This document shows positions 48,182 through 57,031 of a stretch of 64,000 nucleotides of DNA, piece by piece. Made by a program: the position numbers and the translations under genes. Within the stretch, counting starts at the first letter, position 1. Each line of letters opens with the position of its first letter. This DNA comes from an uncultured Gemmatimonadales bacterium (lineage in GTDB: Bacteria; Gemmatimonadota; Gemmatimonadetes; Gemmatimonadales; GWC2-71-9). Below the pieces are notes generated by a model. That model worked only from the letters and a program-made list of their open reading frames with translations, was not told the DNA's origin and ran no database searches. The stretch covers positions 634,463-698,462 of the forward strand of contig CAVROI010000002.1 in the NCBI GenBank assembly GCA_963722825.1, given 5' to 3'.

Positions 48182-48216
48182 AAATGTCGGCATATATGAT
48201 ATGAATGCCGACATTT
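48182..48216. promoter_or_regulatory. 12-bp perfect inverted repeat with an AT-rich 11-nt spacer between the hsdM stop and the abiEi start (operator and/or terminator candidate)
   Basis: AAATGTCGGCAT (48182-48193) and ATGCCGACATTT (48205-48216) flank ATATGATATGA. A minus-strand TTGACA lies at 48177-48172, just downstream in the direction of transcription. Confidence 0.6.
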
Positions 48217-48220
48217 TGTG

Positions 48221-50383
48221 TCAGGGAGAATTCGACCCCGTTACCTCCGCCAGCATCCGGACGATATCGCCCTCGATCGTGCGGATGTCCGCCTCGATCT
48301 CCTCAACCGGCCGCGGCAGCTTGTAGCGGTAGAAGTGCCGGTTGAAGTTGATCTCGTAGCCTACGACGCCTACCAGACCGTCCTTGTCGTCCCGGCGTCC
48401 AGTGTCGATCCACGCGTCGGGAACGTGGGGTCTCACCTCCTGGTCGAAGAACGCCCGCACGCTGGCGGGCACGCCTTCAGTGTCGGCGGGATCGTCTCCC
48501 GGAGGTAGCGGAACGCTCTCGGAGTCGCGCAGCTCGGGATCGGACTCGGGATTGCCATCCCGGTCGCGGCAGATGGCGGCCGCCTCGTCCCGTTCCGAGA
48601 GCGCCGAAAGAATGGCCTTCCGGGCTTGCGCCGGAATCTTGATACCCGTCAGCGTCGCGGCGCCGTCGAGGACGTGCTCGAACTCGTTGCGGTCCTTGAC
48701 GAGCGTGGCTGGGAGACCGTTCAGCAGTTGCTTGAGGGCCTCCTGGAGCTCCCGGCCTTGAGCCTCCTCTCTGGCGCCCGCGGCGCCCTTCTTCTTCGAC
48801 TGTACCAGCCCCTGGAAGCCCTTTTCCTCGTCGAGCCGCGCGATCCGTTCCGGGCTTGCCTGGAAGTTGAGACGTAGCGGCCGCTCCACCGTGATCTTGC
48901 GGAAGCCGAAGTTGGTGGTCGGGAAGATGCGACTGACCGTGATTGCTTCCTCCTCCCCGTCCTTACTGGCCCGGCGGGTGTCGCCGTCCTTGAAGCCGGC
49001 GAGCAGCTCGAGAATATCCCGTGCCTTTTCGGGCGGGATCTCGCGCCGCTTGGCGCCCATATTCTTGCGCATCAACATCCAGAAAGCTTGCGAGGATGCG
49101 TCGATGAGTTGGACCTGGCCTTTTCGCGCCGCCGCCTTGCGGTTGGTGATCACCCAGACGTAGGTGGCAATCCCGGTGTTGTAGAAGAGTTCCTCGGGGA
49201 GGGCGACCAGCGCCTCGAGCAGGTCGTGCTCCATGACGAACCGCCGTATCTCGCTCTCGCCGCTGCCCGCATCTCCTGTGAAGAGTGGCGAGCCGTTCAT
49301 GATGATGGCGATGCGTGCGCCGCCCTCCTTCGGTCCTTTTGCGTGGGCCAGCATATGCAGCAGGAAGAGCAGCTGGCCGTCGCTGATCCGGGGCAGTCCG
49401 GGCCCGAAGCGACCAGCCGCGCCGCGCTCGTTCTCGCTCCGGACGGCATCCTCGTCCCGCTTCCAGTCCTTGCCGTAGGGAGGATTGGCGATGAGGTAGT
49501 CGAACCTCTGGCCCCCATGACGGTCGTTCGAGAGCGTGCTTCCGTACGCGATACTATCGGCGTCGCGCCCGGTCGGGTCTTTCATGAAGAGGTCCGACTT
49601 GGACACGGCCCAGGTCTCCGGATTCACCTCCTGCCCGAACAGGTGGATCTCCGCTTCGGGGTTGATCGGAGGGCTCAATTGATCTCCGTTCTTCCGCCGC
49701 CCGACCGTGATGTGCTCCTTAGTGATCATCAGCATGCCCCCGGAGCCGCAGCACGGGTCATAGACGGTGCACACCACCCCGCGGCGTCGAACCCTGGACT
49801 GGTCGCCGGCGAGCATCAGGTCCACCATCAGGTGGACGACGTCTCGCGGAGTAAAGTGCTCACCGGGGTTCTCGTTCAGCGCCTCATTGAACTTCCGGAT
49901 CAGCTCCTCGAAGATGGTTCCCATCGTGGGGTTGTCGATCCTGTCCGGGTGCACATCTACCTGCTTGAACCGCTCGAGAACCTTGAACAGGAGGCCGGCT
50001 TCGTCAAGCTTGCTGATCGTGTTGTCGAAGTCGAACTTCTCGAGCACTTCGCGCATGTTCGGGCTGAAGCCGGCGATGTAGTTTCGAAGATTGGCGGCCA
50101 CATGCGGTGCGTCGCTCAGAAGCTTCTCGAAGTCGTAGCGCGAGGTGTTGTAGAAGGCGAAACCCGAGGCCCGGCGCAGCTGCGCGTCGAGATCCTGGAG
50201 ACCCTTGCCACGCAGTTCCGCCTGTCGCCGGAGCACTCGCTCCTTGGTATCTGCGAGAACGCAGTCGAGCCGGCGGAGCACCGTGAGGGGAAGGATCACG
50301 TCCTGGTACTTGCCGCGTTTGAACGTGTCGCGGATGAGATCTGCCACTCCCCAGAGCCAGCTTACGATTTCGCTATGATTCAC
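48221..50383 (-). CDS. hsdM: type I restriction-modification DNA methyltransferase subunit HsdM (N6-adenine, long form)
   Basis: HsdM N-terminal pattern (LWGVADLIRDTFKRGKYQDVILPLTVLRRLD), SAM motif (VYDPCCGSGGML) and catalytic LIANPPYG. The likely start is the GTG at 50383, 7 nt after GGAGG; the track ORF starts at TTG 50428. Confidence 0.92.
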   Translation of the reverse strand: MNHSEIVSWLWGVADLIRDTFKRGKYQDVILPLTVLRRLDCVLADTKERVLRRQAELRGKGLQDLDAQLRRASGFAFYNTSRYDFEKLLSDAPHVAANLRNYIAGFSPNMREVLEKFDFDNTISKLDEAGLLFKVLERFKQVDVHPDRIDNPTMGTIFEELIRKFNEALNENPGEHFTPRDVVHLMVDLMLAGDQSRVRRRGVVCTVYDPCCGSGGMLMITKEHITVGRRKNGDQLSPPINPEAEIHLFGQEVNPETWAVSKSDLFMKDPTGRDADSIAYGSTLSNDRHGGQRFDYLIANPPYGKDWKRDEDAVRSENERGAAGRFGPGLPRISDGQLLFLLHMLAHAKGPKEGGARIAIIMNGSPLFTGDAGSGESEIRRFVMEHDLLEALVALPEELFYNTGIATYVWVITNRKAAARKGQVQLIDASSQAFWMLMRKNMGAKRREIPPEKARDILELLAGFKDGDTRRASKDGEEEAITVSRIFPTTNFGFRKITVERPLRLNFQASPERIARLDEEKGFQGLVQSKKKGAAGAREEAQGRELQEALKQLLNGLPATLVKDRNEFEHVLDGAATLTGIKIPAQARKAILSALSERDEAAAICRDRDGNPESDPELRDSESVPLPPGDDPADTEGVPASVRAFFDQEVRPHVPDAWIDTGRRDDKDGLVGVVGYEINFNRHFYRYKLPRPVEEIEADIRTIEGDIVRMLAEVTGSNSP

Positions 50384-50502
50384 TGCTATGCCTCCGGTGC
50401 TTGCCGGGAGAAACGAAATGTTCGTCAAAGTAACATCATGGATCGTTACAGATTAGCCGTGTGGTGTGACATCGGTCCGGTGAGACGATCGGACAAGGGT
50501 CA

Positions 50503-51144
50503 TTGATGCCGGACCTCCTGGTGCGCCCGCCCGATGCCTGGCTTCTCTTCGTTCTGGCGCACGGGGCCGGAGCCGGGATGAACCATCGTTTCCTCGAGGC
50601 CGCGGCGCTGTCCCTCGCGGAGCGGGGGATCGCGACCTTCCGCTATCAGTTCCCATACATGGAAAACGGCGGTGGCCGGCCCGATCCGCCCAGTGTGCTG
50701 GAAAGCTCCGTCCGCGGCGCCGTGGAAAGGGCCATCGGCGCCGCGCCGGGCCTGCCCACGGTTGCTGGCGGCAAGTCGCTGGGCGGCCGGATGACGTCGT
50801 CCGCGGCGGCGGCGGCACCCCTGCCCGGCGTTCGAGGCCTCGTTTTTCTCGGCTTCCCCCTTCACCCACCCGGACAACCCGGCACCCGCCGCGCCGACCA
50901 TCTCGATCGCGTAGACTTGCCCATGCTCTTTCTGCAGGGCACCCGCGATTCCTTCGCGCCTCTCGATTCCATCACTCAGGTTTGCCGACATCTCGGCGAC
51001 CGCGCGACTCTCCACGTGGTGGAGGGGGGAGATCATTCGTTCGGAGTCCTCAAGCGATCCGGCCGCACGCCGGGCGAGGTGATGGATGAGCTGGCGGATG
51101 CCGTTGCCGGCTGGGCTCGACCGCTGGCGGGCGTCGCAGCGTGA
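50503..51144 (+). CDS. alpha/beta hydrolase-fold protein (KANL3/Tex30-like small hydrolase)
   Basis: [16 protein letters not shown]..., GGKSLGGR nucleophile elbow and [10 protein letters not shown]...GGDHSF. The likely ATG is at 50506. The stop overlaps the next gene's GTG (GTGA at 51141-51144). Confidence 0.75.
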   Translation: MMPDLLVRPPDAWLLFVLAHGAGAGMNHRFLEAAALSLAERGIATFRYQFPYMENGGGRPDPPSVLESSVRGAVERAIGAAPGLPTVAGGKSLGGRMTSSAAAAAPLPGVRGLVFLGFPLHPPGQPGTRRADHLDRVDLPMLFLQGTRDSFAPLDSITQVCRHLGDRATLHVVEGGDHSFGVLKRSGRTPGEVMDELADAVAGWARPLAGVAA

Positions 51145-54044
51145 GCGCTGACCCGACGGCACAGCAGCGGAAGGCCATCGAAGCCCCACTCGGTCCTGTT
51201 CTCGTCCTGGCCGGCCCCGGTGCGGGGAAGACGTACTGTCTCATCGGACGCATCCAGCACCTCATCGAGCGCCTCGAGCTGGCCCCCAACCGCATCTGCG
51301 CGGTCACGTTCACCAACAAGGCAGCGGAGGAGATCGGGTCACGACTCAAGACCTCGGTAGGCGTGGCCGACGGCCAGCTCACCGGCGGTACCATCCACGC
51401 ACTCTGCCTCTCGATCCTGCGGGAGTTCTCCCGAGAGGCCGGCCTCCGCCCCGGGTTCGGCGTCGCGGACGATGACTACCAGCGGCGCCTGCTCCGCCAG
51501 CTTCGGGTCCGCACCGAGCGTCAGGGGCAGGTGCTCGGACTCTTCGGCCAGCACCGTCTCCAGGGAAGCCCGCTCACCGGTGGCGATCACGAGTTGTTCG
51601 AGCGGTACATCGAAGCGCTGCGCGGCCGCAATCTGGTGGACTTCGACGATCTGATCGGTCTCACCGGAAGGCTGCTCCGCACCAGTGAGACGGTGGCGCA
51701 GACGCTTCGGTGTCGGTGGGACTACGTTCTGGTCGACGAGTTCCAGGATCTCAACTTCGCCCAGTATGGAATCCTCAGGGCGCTGGTCGCCAACCACCGC
51801 AACCTCTTCGGGGTGGGAGACGACGAGCAATCCATCTTCTCCTGGACCGGAGCGGATCCCGCGATCCTGGGCCGGTTCTGCGAGGACTTCGGAATCGAGA
51901 AGCCGATTGTCATCGATCAGAATCGGCGATGCTCGGTGCAGATCTTCGATGCGGCGAGGCGGTTGATCGCCAACAATCCGGCACGCTTCGCCAAATGCAT
52001 CGAGGCACAGCGAGAATCCCCGTTCGAAGTCGAGATCAGGATCTTCCCCGACGAAGATGCCGAAGCCGAGTGGCTGATCCGTGACGTGATGGAGGACCGC
52101 CGGCGCGATGGCCCGGGCTGGGGAGACTACGCGGTGCTCTATCGCTACCACCGCGACGGGCAGCTGCTCGAGGGAAAGTTGCTTCGCGAGGGCGTGCCCT
52201 GCCGGCTCGCCCGCGGTCAGGCGCTCATGGACGACGAAGTCGTGGCCTACGTCATCACGTCGCTCCGGGTGGCTCGGTCGCCGGGCAATCCCCTGCTGAT
52301 GGATGCACTCGCCGAAATGCTGTTGCCTGAGCCGCTCCTTCAGGATGTGCGCGCCGACTGCACTCCGGCCGACGATCTCGTCACCAGCCTGCGCCGCTTC
52401 GCCCGGCAGCGACACAAGGGCGACGCCGATGCCAAGAAGGCCTGGCGCTTCGTTTTTCACGCCGAGAATCTGCGCGCCATGGAGCGATCCCACGGCTCGG
52501 TGGAGAGCATGGTGGCCGAGCTGCTCTCGCAGCGCGTCGGCCCGGCGCGGAACCCGCTCGAGGAGCGCCACCAGGATCTGACCGACCCCGCCGCCTACCC
52601 AGGCGCTCGCGTCCTCGCGGAGCGGCTCCGGTCGGCCATGGCGACGGGCTCGCCGGTATGGCTCGAGCCCGACCGGGGTGTCGACATCGCGCTCCTCGGC
52701 ATGCTCCGCGGCGGCGGAGTGGCCACCGCCGTCCGGCTCGGCCCCGGTGACGAGCCGGCGCTTGCGGACCTCGTACTTCGACCCGCCGGCATCGGCCAGG
52801 GCGGGTGGCCGCTGCTGGTGTTCAAGGCCCTCCAGCTGCTCCACCCACCCGTGCAGCGGGGAGAATTCCGTGATTACGTCACGTTCGATCTCGAGACCAC
52901 CGACCTGGACGTCGGGACCTGCGAAATAATCGAGATCGCTGCCGTGCGGGTGCGTGAAGGCAGGGTAGTGGAGCGGTTCAGGTCGCTGGTCGGCTGCACC
53001 CGTCCCATCAGCGCCGGCGCCCGGCAGGCCCACGGCTACTCCGAGGCCGACCTGCGCGGGGCGCCAGCGTTCGGAGAAGTCTGGCGGCAATTCCGCGAGT
53101 TCGTGGGGACGGACGTGCTTGTCGCCCACAACGGCCAGTACTTCGACGTGCCCGTGCTTCGCCGCGCCGCCGAGCCGTTCGGCGGGACGGACGATCTGGT
53201 CTTCTACGACACCCTCCCCCTCAGTCGCTCTCTGAGCGAGGAGAGTGCCAAGCTCGCCGACCTGGCCCGCCGCTTCGGGGTAGACGTGGGCAGGTCGCAC
53301 CACGCGCTCGACGACGCGCTGATGCTGGCGGCGCTGCTACCGCACCTCAAGACGCTGGAAGCGATGCGGGCCCGGAAGGCCGCCCAGGTCCATCTCCTCG
53401 ATTTCCTGGGACTGGCGCTGGCGCTGGACTCGGCGCCCGATCCCGTTCCGGAAGTGCGCCTGCTCGCGGATCTGTGCCGGCCTTATTCGCTGGGGCGTTA
53501 CAGCGACTGTCTCGATTTCTATGCTGCCGAGCGCGGGCCGGGGTTGCCGGGTGCGCCCAGCCTCGAGGACGTCATCGAGCGACTGGGAGGGCGTGCCCTC
53601 ATGGAACGGATTCGGGTCGAGCGATCGCCGGCCGATCGGTTCCCCGCGGCGGTAGCCCGGCTGGGCCTCTTGCTGGCGGCGAGCCGGGGCGAGACCATAG
53701 TCGACCGCCTCGATGACATGCTCGGTCGGGCCACGCTGTCGAGCAGCGCGGAGGTCGACACCGATCCCCATCGGCTCAATCTTCTCACCCTGCATTCGAC
53801 CAAGGGACTCGAGTTCTCCCGTGTCTATATCGTCGGCGTGGAGGATCAGCAGATCCCGGGCTGGAGGGCGATTCAGGACGGTCGAGAGGACGAGATTCAG
53901 GAGGCGCGCCGGCTGTTGTACGTGGGCATGACCCGGGCGAAAGACCGGCTCGTGCTGACTCGCGCCGAGCGGCGAGGCGGGAGACCCTCGGGCGGAAGCC
54001 TTTTTCTGGTGGAGGCCGGCCTGATGTCGCTCATTCGGACGTGA
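51141..54044 (+). CDS. UvrD/Rep-family superfamily-1 helicase with an embedded DnaQ-like DEDDh 3'-5' exonuclease domain
   Basis: Helicase motifs: AGPGAGKT (Walker A), [18 protein letters not shown], and late LHSTKGLEF and [11 protein letters not shown]. Between them are ExoI FDLETTD, Exo[15 protein letters not shown] and Exo[14 protein letters not shown]. Confidence 0.88.
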   Translation: MSADPTAQQRKAIEAPLGPVLVLAGPGAGKTYCLIGRIQHLIERLELAPNRICAVTFTNKAAEEIGSRLKTSVGVADGQLTGGTIHALCLSILREFSREAGLRPGFGVADDDYQRRLLRQLRVRTERQGQVLGLFGQHRLQGSPLTGGDHELFERYIEALRGRNLVDFDDLIGLTGRLLRTSETVAQTLRCRWDYVLVDEFQDLNFAQYGILRALVANHRNLFGVGDDEQSIFSWTGADPAILGRFCEDFGIEKPIVIDQNRRCSVQIFDAARRLIANNPARFAKCIEAQRESPFEVEIRIFPDEDAEAEWLIRDVMEDRRRDGPGWGDYAVLYRYHRDGQLLEGKLLREGVPCRLARGQALMDDEVVAYVITSLRVARSPGNPLLMDALAEMLLPEPLLQDVRADCTPADDLVTSLRRFARQRHKGDADAKKAWRFVFHAENLRAMERSHGSVESMVAELLSQRVGPARNPLEERHQDLTDPAAYPGARVLAERLRSAMATGSPVWLEPDRGVDIALLGMLRGGGVATAVRLGPGDEPALADLVLRPAGIGQGGWPLLVFKALQLLHPPVQRGEFRDYVTFDLETTDLDVGTCEIIEIAAVRVREGRVVERFRSLVGCTRPISAGARQAHGYSEADLRGAPAFGEVWRQFREFVGTDVLVAHNGQYFDVPVLRRAAEPFGGTDDLVFYDTLPLSRSLSEESAKLADLARRFGVDVGRSHHALDDALMLAALLPHLKTLEAMRARKAAQVHLLDFLGLALALDSAPDPVPEVRLLADLCRPYSLGRYSDCLDFYAAERGPGLPGAPSLEDVIERLGGRALMERIRVERSPADRFPAAVARLGLLLAASRGETIVDRLDDMLGRATLSSSAEVDTDPHRLNLLTLHSTKGLEFSRVYIVGVEDQQIPGWRAIQDGREDEIQEARRLLYVGMTRAKDRLVLTRAERRGGRPSGGSLFLVEAGLMSLIRT

Positions 54045-54285
54045 CAGTATTCTGCCCGGACCCTCGCAGCTCACGACGATCCGGGCATCCGCTGGCCTTC
54101 GGTCACCAAAGAGCCGATCGAGAGATCAACCGGGATCTCCCGATCCACCAGCAGGTTGGGGTCCTGCTCGATCACCGGTGAATCCGGTTCCGTCCTCTCC
54201 CGCCTTCGGGCACATCCGTTGCATCCCCGCATCAAGTCCCCCGACAGCAGTTCCTACACGCCGCATCATTCTGGAGTGCCTCATC

Positions 54286-56868
54286 ATGGTGACGTTCCTG
54301 AGAGGCCGTCGGAGTACCGACGGCGACGCGACGATCGCTATCGAAAACGCCAATCGCGCCAACGCCGCCGCGGCGCTCGACCCGCTGGTGACTCGCGCGG
54401 AGGCGGCAGCCGAACAACTGCGATCCCTCGCCTCGCTGCTGGACCGCTCATCGGAAATCGACGCCCTCCGGGAACGCTGTATCGCCGCCGAGGAGAAGCT
54501 CGCGGGGTTTGAGCAACTCGCAGCCCGCTTCACTTCGGCCGAAGAGAAGGCCGACCGCGTCGAGCAGCTCGGTGAACAAATGGGTCCGCTGGGCGAGAAG
54601 GCCGACGCCGCCCTCAAGCTTCACGGCCAGCTCCAGGAATTCCTTAGCCTCGAGAGCCCGGTCGCCCAGCTGCGCGAGGAGTCGGAGGCGCTTCGCGGCC
54701 AGCTCGCCGAGCTGACCGAGAACGTCGGCCGGATGCGCGGCCAGGCCGATGATGCGCTCAGCGCCCACCGCCATGCTACCTCCCGCCTCGAGGCCTTCGA
54801 CCAGGACAACCAGGCAGCCACGTCGCGTCTCGAGGATGTCGTCCGCCGGGTCCAGAGCGTCGAACGCGCTCTCGAGCCGGTCGGCCAGGCGATTTCCGCG
54901 GTGCCCGATCTTCAGCACCGTCTCGCCGTGCTCCAGTCCCTCGCCGAGCAGGTGGCCCAGAAGAGCGGCCTGCTGGAGCAGCAGCGCGAGGCGGTCGAGC
55001 GCGCCTCCACCCAGATCTCCCAGCTCACCAGGCTCGACCGCGAGCTCGATGCCTGGCTCCGCCGGCAGGAGGAGCAGATCCGCCGCTTCGGGGCGATCGA
55101 AGCCAAGATCCAGGAGGTTCAAGGCATCCAGACCAAGGTCATCGCCCGGAGCGAGGAGCTTTCGGCGACTTCCCTTCAGAACGAGCACACCTACCAGGCG
55201 GCCAAGCAGGCGCTCACCGATCTCCGCGAGCAGATGCGGAAGAGCAGCGAGGGCTTCGAGCTGGAGAACCGGGGTCTCCATGCCGTGAGCGAGCGGGTGG
55301 CCGACCTGCGGAACGCCGTGAAGGAATGCGAGGTCCGGTTCGCGGTGCTCGACGCCGCCAGCCAGGGCGCCGCCGCCGTGCAGGCCCAGGTCCGGGCCCT
55401 TGGCGACCACTCGACTCAGCTCTCCGCCGAGCTTGCGCGTCTCGCCGACGAGGCGACTCGGCTGGCGGCGCTCAGGCAGGATGTCGAGCGCATCGGGGCC
55501 GTTACGGAGGAAGTCACCGGCCGCATGGACCGGATCTATCAGCTCAAGCCCGATGTGGACGAGGCGGTGCAGAACCTGGTCGCTCTCAAGGGGACCCACG
55601 AGCTGGTGGCCGACGGTCTCGAGCGGATGCGGGTGGCCTACGAGGAGATGTCGCGGCTGCGTGAGAACCATGCCGAGGCGCAGACCCGCCTCGCGGCGGG
55701 CGACACCTGGCTCCGGAAAGTCGAGGCCGAGGTGAAGGAGCTCGGCGCCATGGAGCCGGAGGTTGCGCGGATCCGGGACGAGATCGAGCAGGTGAAGGGC
55801 GCCATGGCGGAGATCGCGGCTCGCGGCGAGACGGTCGCCGAGCTGGGACGCCGACTCGAGGAGGTCGGCGCCAGCGGTGGGGCGCTCGCCGACAGGATGA
55901 AGGGTCTCGAGGGCCGCGTCGAAGGGGCGGAGTCGCGCTTCGTACGGCTGGCCAAGAAGTCGGACGAGGCCGAGCGCGTCGCGGAGACGGTTGCCACGGT
56001 GGTCGAATCGGTGGCCGAGGCGGATCGCCGGATCGGAGTGGTGGACTCATCGGTGCGTGCCCTCGAGAGCCGCACCGGCCAGCTCGATGAGATCGAAGGC
56101 CGCATTCGTCTCCTGGGACAGGAGCTGGAGCAGCGCCGTGGCGCCCTGGACAAGGCCAGTGAGCACCTCACGCAGGCCACCCAGCTGCGGAAGCAAAGCG
56201 CCGAAGCCGCCCACCGGCTGGAAGAGGTGTCGCGCTCGATCACGGCGACGCTCGCCGAGGCCGAGCAGCGCTCGGACAAGCTGCAGCGCACCGCCACCGA
56301 TCTCGAGGGCCGGGCCTCCGCGCTCAAGGCGATCGAGCGTCCGGTGGCGCGCTTCGAGGAATTGCTGGGCACCTGGGAGTCCGCGCAGGCCGAAGCGGCT
56401 CGCGCGCTCGAGCAGACCCTCGCCCGGCAGGCCACGGTCGACGCGCTCGAGGCACAGGTGAAGCATGTCTACGAGCTGGCGGAGCGCGCCGTCGCCGACG
56501 TGCAGACGATTGGTGCCGCGCGGCACGAGATCGAGGAGACCCGCGAGCTGCTCGAGAGCACCCATGAGCAGTTCAAGGCGACCGAAGGCGCCCTCGAGCA
56601 GTTCGAGACGCGCAAGCGCCAGCTCGATCGCGCCGAGCAGCGGCTCGCTCGGGCGGAAGCCCTCGCTCTCGGCATGCGCTCGACGGTCGAGGCGCTCACC
56701 GCGCAACGCACGGTGGTGGATCACGCCATGGAGTCGGCCAGCAATCTGGCCTTGCAGATGAAGCAGGCGGAGGCGCTGATCGCCGCGTTCCGGAAGGAGC
56801 GCACGCTCGCCTGCGAGCTCAAGGCCGCCCTCGCCTTCGAGGAAGATATCGAGGAGCCGCGCAAGTAA
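54286..56868 (+). CDS. large coiled-coil-rich protein (~860 aa), no enzymatic motif seen
   Basis: Continuous A/E/L/R/Q heptad-like sequence from MVTFLRGRRSTDGDATIAIEN... to the end. I found no Walker A, signal peptide or TM segment. The start is the ATG at 54286. Confidence 0.7.
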   Translation: MVTFLRGRRSTDGDATIAIENANRANAAAALDPLVTRAEAAAEQLRSLASLLDRSSEIDALRERCIAAEEKLAGFEQLAARFTSAEEKADRVEQLGEQMGPLGEKADAALKLHGQLQEFLSLESPVAQLREESEALRGQLAELTENVGRMRGQADDALSAHRHATSRLEAFDQDNQAATSRLEDVVRRVQSVERALEPVGQAISAVPDLQHRLAVLQSLAEQVAQKSGLLEQQREAVERASTQISQLTRLDRELDAWLRRQEEQIRRFGAIEAKIQEVQGIQTKVIARSEELSATSLQNEHTYQAAKQALTDLREQMRKSSEGFELENRGLHAVSERVADLRNAVKECEVRFAVLDAASQGAAAVQAQVRALGDHSTQLSAELARLADEATRLAALRQDVERIGAVTEEVTGRMDRIYQLKPDVDEAVQNLVALKGTHELVADGLERMRVAYEEMSRLRENHAEAQTRLAAGDTWLRKVEAEVKELGAMEPEVARIRDEIEQVKGAMAEIAARGETVAELGRRLEEVGASGGALADRMKGLEGRVEGAESRFVRLAKKSDEAERVAETVATVVESVAEADRRIGVVDSSVRALESRTGQLDEIEGRIRLLGQELEQRRGALDKASEHLTQATQLRKQSAEAAHRLEEVSRSITATLAEAEQRSDKLQRTATDLEGRASALKAIERPVARFEELLGTWESAQAEAARALEQTLARQATVDALEAQVKHVYELAERAVADVQTIGAARHEIEETRELLESTHEQFKATEGALEQFETRKRQLDRAEQRLARAEALALGMRSTVEALTAQRTVVDHAMESASNLALQMKQAEALIAAFRKERTLACELKAALAFEEDIEEPRK

Positions 56869-57031
56869 TCGCGCCATCGCCGCTCTCCGGCTTCACGCAC
56901 TCGTCACGGGCCCCTAACTGGGGCCCGTGCCGCTTCTTGCACTCTCCTCCTCGCCCGGCTCTTGCTCCGCTTGGCGCCGACCGCAGCCCAGCCCCGACTC
57001 AGCCAATCTTCTCATGACGGACGAGGTCAGC

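Noticed and set aside
40636-50502. Searched the island boundaries for direct repeats (att sites), tRNA or integrase
   Set aside because: I could see no convincing flanking direct repeat, tRNA gene or recombinase. The mobility mechanism therefore remains unsupported.
51339-53303. 654-aa minus-strand ORF
   Set aside because: It is antisense to the UvrD-exonuclease gene, which carries a full set of helicase and exonuclease motifs.
54448-55671. 407-aa minus-strand ORF and other ORFs overlapping the coiled-coil gene
   Set aside because: The complement of an A/E/L/R-rich coiled-coil gene is itself open by codon bias. The plus-strand frame is continuous for ~860 codons and was preferred.
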